Under the pieces are notes generated by a model. It did not search any database. It worked only from the letters and a program-made list of their open reading frames with translations, and was not told the origin of the DNA. Shown in pieces: positions 20,400-30,079 of a stretch of 64,000 bases of DNA (within the stretch, counting starts at the first letter, position 1; each line of letters starts with the position of its first letter). Source of the stretch: an uncultured archaeon (GTDB taxonomy: Archaea > Asgardarchaeota > Lokiarchaeia > Sigyniarchaeales > SOKP01); contig CAZALK010000001.1 of the NCBI GenBank assembly GCA_964486045.1, positions 872,242-936,241 on the forward strand, in the 5' to 3' direction. The position numbers and the translations under genes are program-made.

Positions 20400-22073
20400 A
20401 TGGATAGACAGAGAATTTTAAAAGAAGCACAAAAAATAGCTTCAAAATTTTCATTCTGGATGGTTTCGGGGAATATTGCTCATTTATATGGGCATGTTTA
20501 TGAAACACCAGAAAAGAAATTTGAATTAGAAATAAAATTTGACGAAAATTTTCCGAATAAACCTCCACAATTGATTTATCATAATGAGATTAAAGAACTG
20601 TTGGGGGATGTTCAATTAAATAAAATTTTAAATTGGACTTCCGATTCACTTATGGTCGATGTTATTCATGAACTTAAACTAAAGATTCAGGAAACTATAC
20701 ACCCTCAAAATCCAATAACAGAAGGAGATTTAAGTTCGGAAAAAAAAAGTAAAGAAATTGAAGACACTTTGGAAACAGAGGAATATCTTACCCCCGATCT
20801 GAATAACTACCCTCCAGATTATCAATCAGGAGAATATATCAATCCTTCAGCTTCTAATGGTGATATATTTTATACTGAACAGACGCCTACAATAACCTCA
20901 GAAAGAACTGAAGTATTTCAAGATGATAAATCTAAAATTGAATCAAACCAACCTTTTAACAAGCCTATATTTGATGAAGCTGACCAAATTAGCTTAGAAT
21001 TAACTACAGAGTTAGGATTAATTCAGCAAGAATATGCTTATGATCAAAAAAGTTCAAATGCGGGAGATATTGAAATTTATATTACAATTACTCTTTCAAA
21101 AACATTTATAATTTCAATAGATTTTACTAAATATCCTGAAAAACCAATAATTTTGTTGCCAGAGAAGGTTAAAAACATTATTGGAGATCCAAATATATCT
21201 TTAGAATCATTGAAAAGATGGAATCCAAAAAAACCCAAACACATTGTCGATATTCTGCACGAATTAGAGAAGAAGCTATTCTTTATTAAAGAAGTTGAAT
21301 CTCAATATAAAAAACTTTCAGGTGAATACCAGTGTGATGCGGTTTCTGATAGTTTAACATCTATAAAAGTCCACTTATTAACTTATGGATTCAAAGAATT
21401 TCTTTTAGAAGTAGATTTAGAGCCTTATCCTAAACCTCCAAATATAAAACTATCATCGGAGCTTCAACAAATCATTGATATCCCAATTACATTATTAGAC
21501 TCTTATAGAAATTGGAGAGAAAACGGGTCTGATGCTGTTGAAATCATGAGAGAAGTCTCTTGGTTGGTTGACAAAAATTCAAGAATTAATTTTGAAATAG
21601 ATTTATTAAAGGATCATTATAAAGATCTCAAATATGAATCATCAACAGCAACTTTACATATCGAAATGAAGGGGAAAATGAAAACTGAAGATCTCACTTT
21701 TGAGTTTCAAATAAAACTACCGAATGAATACCCCATGAAAATGCCTAAAATAGATGTAGTAAACGAGTTTGAGCTTGAAATCCACGAAAAAATTAAAAAT
21801 AATTTACATGCTTCATTTGATGATTTTTTTGAGGAATGGACGCCCTTCAGTTATCTTATTGATTTATTTAATTTGATTTCTAAGAAAATTTTTGAAGTGT
21901 CGGTTGTATCATGTGTCATTTGCCATAAAATTGAATGTCCTAGTTGTACAAATAAAATTGCTGGTGATGAGAATTGCCATGCAGAATGCCCCCATTGTAA
22001 TCGAGCATATCATCGCCATTGCTGGGAACAAACAATACAATCATTTGGTAAATGTGGTTTCTGTCTTAGATAG
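20400..22073 (+). CDS. Tandem UEV/RWD (E2-like) repeat protein with C-terminal RING finger; FANCL-like putative E3 ubiquitin ligase
   Basis: Four repeats with an E2-fold [YF]PxxP motif (FPNKPP, YPEKP, YPKPP, YPMKMP), each followed by a conserved Trp and helix and lacking the E2 catalytic Cys. The C-terminus reads CVICH..CPSC..CPHCNRAYHRHCW..FGKCGFC. Confidence 0.72.
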   Translation: MDRQRILKEAQKIASKFSFWMVSGNIAHLYGHVYETPEKKFELEIKFDENFPNKPPQLIYHNEIKELLGDVQLNKILNWTSDSLMVDVIHELKLKIQETIHPQNPITEGDLSSEKKSKEIEDTLETEEYLTPDLNNYPPDYQSGEYINPSASNGDIFYTEQTPTITSERTEVFQDDKSKIESNQPFNKPIFDEADQISLELTTELGLIQQEYAYDQKSSNAGDIEIYITITLSKTFIISIDFTKYPEKPIILLPEKVKNIIGDPNISLESLKRWNPKKPKHIVDILHELEKKLFFIKEVESQYKKLSGEYQCDAVSDSLTSIKVHLLTYGFKEFLLEVDLEPYPKPPNIKLSSELQQIIDIPITLLDSYRNWRENGSDAVEIMREVSWLVDKNSRINFEIDLLKDHYKDLKYESSTATLHIEMKGKMKTEDLTFEFQIKLPNEYPMKMPKIDVVNEFELEIHEKIKNNLHASFDDFFEEWTPFSYLIDLFNLISKKIFEVSVVSCVICHKIECPSCTNKIAGDENCHAECPHCNRAYHRHCWEQTIQSFGKCGFCLR

Positions 22074-22227
22074 ACTCTATTACTTATCCCCAATGGAATT
22101 AAAAATTTTTCTCTTACTGTATTTTATTTGGTGCTTAATTGAACAATTCTTTCTACTCTGTATATAAAGTATACAATAAATTTTTTAGTTTAGACTTCTT
22201 TTAAATATCATTCACATTTTAATTTAG

Positions 22228-25200
22228 ATGATTCTCGTGGAAGTATTGGAAAAGAAGCTGAATCTAAAAGAATTGGAAGAAAAAATTATAGAATTTTGGA
22301 AAGAACAAGATATATATTCAGCAATACGTAAAAAAGAAGAGGGAAAGAAAATATGGCGATTTATTGATGGACCACCCTATACTACTGGTTCGATTCATCT
22401 TGGTACAGCCTGGAATAAAATTCTAAAAGACTATTTAATTAAGTATAAACGGATGCGGGGTTTTAAAGTCACAGATACACCTGGATACGATACCCATGGA
22501 TTACCTATAGAGGTTCAGATGGAAAAAGAACTTGGTTTTAAGAATAAACAAGACATTCAAGATTATGGTATTGATAAATTCATAGAGAAATGCAAGGATT
22601 ATGCTAATAAAAATATTAGAATTATGAATGAACAGTTTAAACGTTTAGGATGTTATTTTTGGGACTGGGATAATCCATACATTACGTATAAAAATAGCTA
22701 CATTGAAGGGATTTGGTGGACGTTAAAAAAGGCATGGGAAAATGGTTTACTTTATCAATTTTTTAGACCTTTAAATGTCTGTCCGAGGTGCGCTACAGCG
22801 CTTGCAAAGCATGAGCATGAATATAAAAACATAATGGATGTAAGTCTATTCCTTAAAATAAAATCTGTTGATATGAAGGATACATATTTCATAATCTGGA
22901 CAACTACACCTTGGACTTTGGTTGCGAATGAGGCTATAATGGCAAATCCCGTTGCAGAATATGCAAAAGTTAAGATAGAAGATTTAAATGAGTACTGGAT
23001 TCTCTCTAAGGCTTCAATAGTATATTTACTTTCAGGAGAATTAGGATATAAATATACAATCGTAGAAGATTTTCTTGGCGAAGACTTAAAGGGTAAAAAA
23101 TATGTTCACCCTTTATTAGATGAAGTTCCTTATCAGAAAGAGTTAGGAAAACAAAGTGAAACGGTTCATACTATAATTCTATCTGAGGAGTATGTTTCTG
23201 CCTCAGAAGGTGTTGGTTTAGTTCATACTGCACCCGGTCATGGGCCTGAAGACTTTGAAGTAGGAGTAGCAAATAATCTTCCTGTTTTTACACCAGTAGA
23301 TAAAAGAGGTATCTATACGAAAGAAGCAGGAATATATGAAGGTAAGTTTGTTTTCGATGCTAACGAAGAAATTCTAGAAAATTTACGAAGTAAAGGAACT
23401 CTAATATTTACTAGCGAAGTAGAGCATGAGTACGCTCACTGTTGGAGATGTGATTCTAAATTAGTCTACTTAGCTACTAATCAATGGTTTTTTAATACAG
23501 AAAGTCTAGTTCCTGATTTACTTGAAAAAAATAGTGAAATTTATTGGGTTCCAGATTGGGCAGGGAATAGATGGTTCAAAAGTTGGTTGACCAGTTTAAA
23601 AGATTGGTGTATCTCTCGACAGCGTTTTTGGGGTGTTCCATTAAGTGTTTGGATATGTGATAACGAAGATTGTAAAGATATTACTGTTATTGGTTCTAGA
23701 ATAGAATTAATGGAAATAGCGGGGAGATGCCCTGAAGATCTGCATAGACCTTGGATAGATGAGGTTACTTGGAAATGTAAAAAATGTAATCATGGAATTA
23801 AAAAGAGAATTCCTGATATTTTAGATGTGTGGTTAGATTCTGGTTCTGTAATTTGGTCAGCTCAAGAATTTTACGGTGGAGAATCTGAGAATTTTGATTC
23901 ATGGGTTTCGGCAGATTTTATCCTAGAAGGAAAAGATCAGATCAGAGGTTGGTTTAACAGCTTATTATGTAGTGCTATGGTGTCGTCTAAACGTAAAAAT
24001 TATAATGCTTGTTATATGCATGGTTGGACGTTAAGAAATAAGGTAAAAATGAGTAAATCAAAAGGTACCCAAATTTTCCCTGAGGATCTAATTGAAGGTA
24101 CTCTTGATGATTTACAAAAGAAAAAGTCATATTCTAATATTAAAGGAATTGAAACTTTTCGTTACTATTCAATAGGAGTAACACAACCTGGTCGTGATTT
24201 TAATTTTAATACAAAGGAATATGCTGATACATATAAAATAATCAATACAATTTGGAATGTTTATGTTTATACGAGTGAGAAATTGAATTTAGCACGATTT
24301 GATAGATCAAAAATAAAGTTGGATGAGGAAAATTTAAGTCTATTGGATAAGTGGTTGATTTCAAGATTAAACTCCACAATTAAAAGAGTAACTGAATTAT
24401 CAGACAGTTACAAACTCCCTTGGATTACAGGAGTATTAAAAGAATTTATTATCAATGATATTAGCAGATGGTATATAATGTTAAACCGAGAGAAGTTAGA
24501 CATTTATTCTGATGATCCGAAAAAATATACGATAATGACTGTTTTACATGATGTCCTATTGAAAGTTCTAATTCTTTTAGCACCAATTAATCCAATGTTA
24601 ACAGAAGAAATATACTTGAGGATTTTCAAATCAAATATGAAATCAATGGATTTAGAAGAAACTAATAGTATTCATTTACAGAATTGGCTTATAGTTGATG
24701 AAGCTAAAATAAATTTGGAACTAGAAAGTGAGATGCTATTCACTAAGGAATTAATAGAGCATATCCGAGCGTTAAAAGAGGAAAATAAAATAAGAATGCG
24801 ATGGCCCAATAAACAAATAATAATCGAACCAAAAGAGGGAATGCCCAAATTAAATTTCCCCGATTTAGTTAAAAAGGTTGGAAATGTTAAAAAACTAGAA
24901 ATTAAAGAATCTATAACACTAAATGATAACTTAGCTATGGCAGAATCAAAGTTTTGCAACATATATTTAGATACTAGTCTTGATGATGACTTAATATCTG
25001 AGAGAGTAATTAATGATCTAATTCGAAACATTCAATTTTCACGAAAAAAAAATAGGTTTAAGGTGGGAGAAGAAATCAATTTAACACTTGGAACAAACAC
25101 TGAATATCTAAAAAAATTTATGGATAATAGTAGAGAGCTAATCTCAGAAAAAGTATCAGCTAAAAACCTGGATGTAAAAATTGGGGATTTAGTAATAGAA

Positions 25201-25377
25201 GGTGAGGTAGGGAATGGTACAATAAATATTTGCCCAAATAATGGTTGTTCAGCTTCATTAAAAGACAATATAATCTCAAAATTAAGCAAACAAAATGAGA
25301 TTACATGTCCCTACTGCAAAATTACTTTAGAAGAAAATAAAATTAAAACTATTACATTTAGTTTTGTTAAGGTTTAA
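22228..25377 (+). CDS. ileS: Isoleucine--tRNA ligase (archaeal/eukaryotic type)
   Basis: DGPPYTTGSIHLGT, DTHGLPIE, WTTTPWTL, GLVHTAPGHG, DWCISRQRFWG, EGKDQIRGWF, KMSKS. Confidence 0.96.
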   Translation: MILVEVLEKKLNLKELEEKIIEFWKEQDIYSAIRKKEEGKKIWRFIDGPPYTTGSIHLGTAWNKILKDYLIKYKRMRGFKVTDTPGYDTHGLPIEVQMEKELGFKNKQDIQDYGIDKFIEKCKDYANKNIRIMNEQFKRLGCYFWDWDNPYITYKNSYIEGIWWTLKKAWENGLLYQFFRPLNVCPRCATALAKHEHEYKNIMDVSLFLKIKSVDMKDTYFIIWTTTPWTLVANEAIMANPVAEYAKVKIEDLNEYWILSKASIVYLLSGELGYKYTIVEDFLGEDLKGKKYVHPLLDEVPYQKELGKQSETVHTIILSEEYVSASEGVGLVHTAPGHGPEDFEVGVANNLPVFTPVDKRGIYTKEAGIYEGKFVFDANEEILENLRSKGTLIFTSEVEHEYAHCWRCDSKLVYLATNQWFFNTESLVPDLLEKNSEIYWVPDWAGNRWFKSWLTSLKDWCISRQRFWGVPLSVWICDNEDCKDITVIGSRIELMEIAGRCPEDLHRPWIDEVTWKCKKCNHGIKKRIPDILDVWLDSGSVIWSAQEFYGGESENFDSWVSADFILEGKDQIRGWFNSLLCSAMVSSKRKNYNACYMHGWTLRNKVKMSKSKGTQIFPEDLIEGTLDDLQKKKSYSNIKGIETFRYYSIGVTQPGRDFNFNTKEYADTYKIINTIWNVYVYTSEKLNLARFDRSKIKLDEENLSLLDKWLISRLNSTIKRVTELSDSYKLPWITGVLKEFIINDISRWYIMLNREKLDIYSDDPKKYTIMTVLHDVLLKVLILLAPINPMLTEEIYLRIFKSNMKSMDLEETNSIHLQNWLIVDEAKINLELESEMLFTKELIEHIRALKEENKIRMRWPNKQIIIEPKEGMPKLNFPDLVKKVGNVKKLEIKESITLNDNLAMAESKFCNIYLDTSLDDDLISERVINDLIRNIQFSRKKNRFKVGEEINLTLGTNTEYLKKFMDNSRELISEKVSAKNLDVKIGDLVIEGEVGNGTINICPNNGCSASLKDNIISKLSKQNEITCPYCKITLEENKIKTITFSFVKV

Positions 25378-25450
25378 TTATGGAATCATACTATTTTTTT
25401 GATACTATTATACTATTCTTCAATGTTTTCTTACTGGGTTCTTCACATTG

Positions 25451-26497
25451 TTAATTCTTTGATTCTTTATTGTAGTAGGTTCTCCAATAATTAAACATCT
25501 CTTTCAATGTTGTTTCTATTGGTATAATTGGTTGCCATCCTAACTCATTTTTAATCTTTGAGTTGTCACCTGTAATTACGTCTTCATCTGTTTTTCTTAA
25601 TTTATGTTGAACATTTTCTTCAATCCTAATTTTTTTTGTAGAGAAGCTTAAGCAAATATCTAGAAGTCTCTGAATCTGAATTTTTTTGTTGGAACATACA
25701 TTATAGGACTCTCCAGGTTTCCCTTTTGTAGCAGCTAACCATATTGCATTAAGAGTATCTTTAATATCTGTAAAATCACGATAAGGATTTAAGTTTCCAA
25801 CTTGAATCACAGGATCTTTCAAACCTAATTCGATTTGAGCAACTTTCCTTACGAAATCTGATGGTGCATCGTTGATTCTTCGAATACCTGTTTGATTAAA
25901 AAATCGAAGATTAACAATTTCAATCCCAAAATTAATATAATATTGACGAGCTAATAGTTCAGCAGCAACTTTACTAATACCATAAGGATGTAACGCCAAT
26001 AATAAATCTGTTTCTTTTAAAGATTTATTATTCTGAGCACTACTACCATATTCAGTGCTCGTACAAGCTAAAATGACTCTCGTTTCTATATTATATTTTT
26101 TTATAGACTCAAAAATATTTATTGTACCAATTACATTCGTTTCAATTGTATCAACGGGTTCTTCCCAGGAAGGTATTATGTAAGGTTGGGCTGCCAAATG
26201 AAATATAAATTTGGGCTTTATTTCATTTATTATTTTCTCTACTAAAGGAGAATTTTTTACATCGCATTCAAGAATAATTAAGTTTTTAATAGCTGTGGGT
26301 ATTTTAATTGATTCTCCTAAGTAATCTTGCTTTTCTTCTTCGGAGAATGATAACTTTCCATTTGTATAGTGAGATAGGTTTTTATATAATTGATTGGGCC
26401 TTTCAATGGCACATATTACATAATCTTTTGGAGTACAATAATCAATTAAATGTGATCCTATAAATCCATTGGCTCCTGTAATAAGTATATTTTCCAT
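25451..26497 (-). CDS. GDP-sugar 4,6-dehydratase/reductase (GMD/DmhA/RMD-like), paralog of 12569-13612
   Basis: GANGFIG, FHLAAQ, CTSTEYG, PYGISK, RFFNQTG, VGNLNPYRDF. Confidence 0.85.
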   Translation of the reverse strand: MENILITGANGFIGSHLIDYCTPKDYVICAIERPNQLYKNLSHYTNGKLSFSEEEKQDYLGESIKIPTAIKNLIILECDVKNSPLVEKIINEIKPKFIFHLAAQPYIIPSWEEPVDTIETNVIGTINIFESIKKYNIETRVILACTSTEYGSSAQNNKSLKETDLLLALHPYGISKVAAELLARQYYINFGIEIVNLRFFNQTGIRRINDAPSDFVRKVAQIELGLKDPVIQVGNLNPYRDFTDIKDTLNAIWLAATKGKPGESYNVCSNKKIQIQRLLDICLSFSTKKIRIEENVQHKLRKTDEDVITGDNSKIKNELGWQPIIPIETTLKEMFNYWRTYYNKESKN

Positions 26498-26527
26498 TTT
26501 GATTCAAATAAGTTAATTTTATTGTAA

Positions 26528-27661
26528 TTACTTCAACAAACCTTTTTCTATTAATTTTTCAAGTGCTTCCTCTGTTTTATCTTGAATTTTATTCTCTTGT
26601 TTATTTATCCAATGTATATATTCTTCAATGCCTTGATCGAAAGAGATTTTTGGTTCATATCCTAACTTCTCTTTAATTTTTGAAATATCTGCTACACAAT
26701 GTCTTATATCACCTACTCGATATTGTTGATTATAGATTGGTGTCAACTTTGGATTTATTTTCTCTGTAAACTTTTCCGCAACTTTTTTAATTGTGAGAGG
26801 AATTCCTGTGCCAACATTAAAAATTTCACCCTTTGCTACTGGACTTTCCATGGCAAGCAATAAAGCTTGGCACACATCCTTTACATTCACAAAATCTCTA
26901 GATTGCAATCCATCTTCAAAAACAATTGGAGATTTCCCATTTAATAACCTCGCACAAAAAATTGCAAAGACACCTGTATAGGGATTTGAAAGTGCTTGTC
27001 TTGGTCCGTAAACTAAAAAAAATCTCAAAATTGTTATATCAATGCCGTAGGTATTACTAATCATCAAACCCATTTCTTCTTGAGCTCTTTTTGACAATGC
27101 GTAAATAGAACTTGGATTACAGAGTGTTTTTTCATCGGTTAAAAGGGATTTGAGCCTACTACCACATTTTGGACATTGTAATTTCCAACATTTATTTTTT
27201 AATTGATTTGTTACTCTTAGTTTAGGAATGATAATACCACATTTTGCACAGGACGCTTTTCCTTCTCCATATACTGTGTTAGAGGAAGAAATGACGACTT
27301 TTTTTACATTATGTTCTGAATTAACTAGGATATTTAATAAATTTGCTGTTCCTAGAATATTAACATCGGTATAATCAGTAATTTGATACATTGACTGTCC
27401 CACTCCCACTTTTGCTGCTAAATGAAAAATGGTATCATTATTTTTTACCACTTCTTCAAATTCTTCATAATTATTTACCGTACCACGGACAAACTTGACA
27501 CTCTTATTTAAATACTCTGGAGGCTTATCTATTTTCCCGTGAACTTGTTGATCCAAACAATCTAAAACCGTTATTTCAGAATTAGAACTCTCAACTAGGA
27601 AATCAGCTAAATGTGATCCAATAAAACCAGCACCACCAGTAATTAAGATTTTTTTTGACAT
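26528..27661 (-). CDS. NAD-dependent nucleotide-sugar epimerase/dehydratase with CxxC...CxxC insertion
   Basis: TGGAGFIG, HLAAKVGVGQSMY, YALSK, YGPRQALSNPYTGV, EDGLQSRDFV; inserted CAKC...CPKC. Confidence 0.88.
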   Translation of the reverse strand: MSKKILITGGAGFIGSHLADFLVESSNSEITVLDCLDQQVHGKIDKPPEYLNKSVKFVRGTVNNYEEFEEVVKNNDTIFHLAAKVGVGQSMYQITDYTDVNILGTANLLNILVNSEHNVKKVVISSSNTVYGEGKASCAKCGIIIPKLRVTNQLKNKCWKLQCPKCGSRLKSLLTDEKTLCNPSSIYALSKRAQEEMGLMISNTYGIDITILRFFLVYGPRQALSNPYTGVFAIFCARLLNGKSPIVFEDGLQSRDFVNVKDVCQALLLAMESPVAKGEIFNVGTGIPLTIKKVAEKFTEKINPKLTPIYNQQYRVGDIRHCVADISKIKEKLGYEPKISFDQGIEEYIHWINKQENKIQDKTEEALEKLIEKGLLK

Positions 27662-27916
27662 AGAATCCTATAATTCAGAGATTTTGATATTTACATAGTG
27701 TATAAGATTTTATTTAAAATAAGGAATTTGATAATTTTTTCAGTGTTTTGGTCATTTATAAATTCTGGAAGATGTATATATTGCGAATCTAAGATAAATA
27801 CAAAAATAATATTAAAATCAGCTTATTCACAAGTATATGAAAAAACTTAATTTTCTCGTTTTACATAATTTATTTATTAGGTTTGATATAATCACTGCTA
27901 TTAATAATGAGATATC

Positions 27917-29086
27917 TTGTCATCTATGAATTTACTTCTAACGTTCTCTTTAAATATTTCTTTAAAAATCTGGGATGAAATAGGTATTTTGGATAGAGAA
28001 ATCCAATTATACAAACGACTATCTGAAGAGGGCTTTGATGTTACTTTTTTAACATACGGGACTAAATCTGATTTTGGCTACTCCAATTTACTAGACAAAA
28101 TAAAAGTTATTCCGATTAAATTTCTTCTTAAACGAAAGAAAATGAATTTCTTTAGAATTCTGTTCTTCCCAATTCAAAACTATAATCTATTTAAAAATAG
28201 TAAAATAATAAAAACCAATCAAATGCATGGTAGTTGGATAACTTGGATTCTAAAAATTCTTTTCCGGAAGAAATTAATAATAAGATGCGGTTATGAATTA
28301 TATAAAAGCACTTTACATGAACATAAGAATCTGAAAACACATAGAATTACAAAATTAAGGTTAGCTTTTCTCTATTTAATTGAATTTATTTCTTATAAAA
28401 TTGCAGACCACATTATTATGACTAATGATTTTGAAAAAAATTTCATAATACAGCATTTTAAAATTAATCCAACAAAAATCAAAGTTATTCCTAATTTTAT
28501 CAACATTGACATTTTTCGTCCACTTAATATAAAGAAAAAGAGGAAATCCGTTTTATTTATTGGAAGATTAAATGAATATAAAAATTTAGATAACTTAATC
28601 GAAGCTTTTACTCATTTAAAAAGTTATTCTCTAGATATTGTGGGAATAGGAGAATTAAAGAAGAAATTAACTGAAAAAGTAAAAAAATTGAATTTACAAT
28701 CAAGAATAAAATTTCTGGGAACTCTACCTAATAAAAAACTTCCAGAACTTATAAATAAACATGAAATATTCATCCTCGTTTCAAATATGGAAGGCAATCC
28801 AAAAGTATTATTAGAAGCTATGAGTTGTGGAATTGCCTGTATCGGTAGTGATATTCCTGGAATAAATCAAATTATCAATCATAAGAGAAACGGATATTTA
28901 TGCGGCTTGGATAGCAAATCCATCGCCGAGGGAATAAAAAATGTTAATGAGAATGACGAATTTATGAAAGATTTGGGAAAAAATGCACGAAACGACATAA
29001 TTCACTATTACGACTTACAAAAAATACTGAAGCAAGAAGTTGATATTTATAAAACCTTACTAAAAAAGAATAAAGGAACTAAATGA
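27917..29086 (+). CDS. Glycosyltransferase family 4
   Basis: FIGRLNEYKN; SNMEGNPKVLLEAMSCG. Confidence 0.9.
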   Translation: MSSMNLLLTFSLNISLKIWDEIGILDREIQLYKRLSEEGFDVTFLTYGTKSDFGYSNLLDKIKVIPIKFLLKRKKMNFFRILFFPIQNYNLFKNSKIIKTNQMHGSWITWILKILFRKKLIIRCGYELYKSTLHEHKNLKTHRITKLRLAFLYLIEFISYKIADHIIMTNDFEKNFIIQHFKINPTKIKVIPNFINIDIFRPLNIKKKRKSVLFIGRLNEYKNLDNLIEAFTHLKSYSLDIVGIGELKKKLTEKVKKLNLQSRIKFLGTLPNKKLPELINKHEIFILVSNMEGNPKVLLEAMSCGIACIGSDIPGINQIINHKRNGYLCGLDSKSIAEGIKNVNENDEFMKDLGKNARNDIIHYYDLQKILKQEVDIYKTLLKKNKGTK

Positions 29087-29090
29087 TAGG

Positions 29091-29855
29091 TTATCTTTTA
29101 TATGCACATCCTATCATAGACGCCCCATTGGGGAAGCTTCGAAATAGGAAATAATCTAATAACATTAACTTTTGTCCAATCTTCCTTAAAAAACCTCGAA
29201 AAAAAGTTGAACATATAAATGAGAAGAAATGAGCTCTAAACCTAAAACCGATTCGTTCAAATCCTGCTTTCTTTAATTTTGATTTTACTTCATTAGATTT
29301 TAATCGTCTAATATGGGTAGGATCTTCCAACTTCCATCTTCTAAAACCCTCATTAGTTTTCTCAATTTGGTTTGAAATTTTGTAATATAAGTATTCAATA
29401 GAAAAAGAATTCGCACACGGTGTAGTCCAAATAAAGATCCCCCTTTTCTTAAGGATGCGATGAACATCATATAAATATGCATTTAAATCACTAACATGCT
29501 CCATAACTTCAATACTCACTACAATGTCAAATTTCATATCTTGAAAAGAGGTTTTATTTTCTTTAACTTCCACACTTTTGTCTTTAAATTCGGGATATTT
29601 CTTTGTAAGCTTTTCTATTGCATTATAACTAAGGTCACAAAAATACAGATCTGAAGTAGGAAAAATTTCTTTCCATAAGTCAATAAATAACCCACTCCCA
29701 CAACCATAATCTAAAATAACTGCTTTTTTTTTAATTTTTAAGGTTTTTAATATAAAATGCTTTAATGCCACTCCTCGAGCGTAATCATAACTAATTATTT
29801 CCTCCCTATATCCTTCATTGTATCGATTATTATATAGATTTCTTAATTCTGACAT
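29091..29855 (-). CDS. Class I SAM-dependent methyltransferase
   Basis: ILDYGCGSG, FDIVVSIEVMEHV, WTTP. Confidence 0.88.
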   Translation of the reverse strand: MSELRNLYNNRYNEGYREEIISYDYARGVALKHFILKTLKIKKKAVILDYGCGSGLFIDLWKEIFPTSDLYFCDLSYNAIEKLTKKYPEFKDKSVEVKENKTSFQDMKFDIVVSIEVMEHVSDLNAYLYDVHRILKKRGIFIWTTPCANSFSIEYLYYKISNQIEKTNEGFRRWKLEDPTHIRRLKSNEVKSKLKKAGFERIGFRFRAHFFSFICSTFFRGFLRKIGQKLMLLDYFLFRSFPNGASMIGCAYKR

Positions 29856-30079
29856 ACCGGTCCGACATTAAAATATTAAATATCTCATGAATGGTATTCT
29901 AATTATATATCTGTAAATAAATCAATATGAAAGAAAAATTTTAACCTATTATTCAAAAATTAAATTTTATATAATGGCCAAAATAAATCTTAAAAAATAT
30001 CTATTTATTACGAAAAGAAATAAATTATAAAGATATTTTGAATTCTAGCAATAGAATTATATTTGAAACTTTGCTCTAA

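Noticed and set aside
21892-22167. 91-aa ORF overlapping the RING region in another frame
   Set aside because: Overlaps the coherent Cys/His RING frame and has no recognisable motif.
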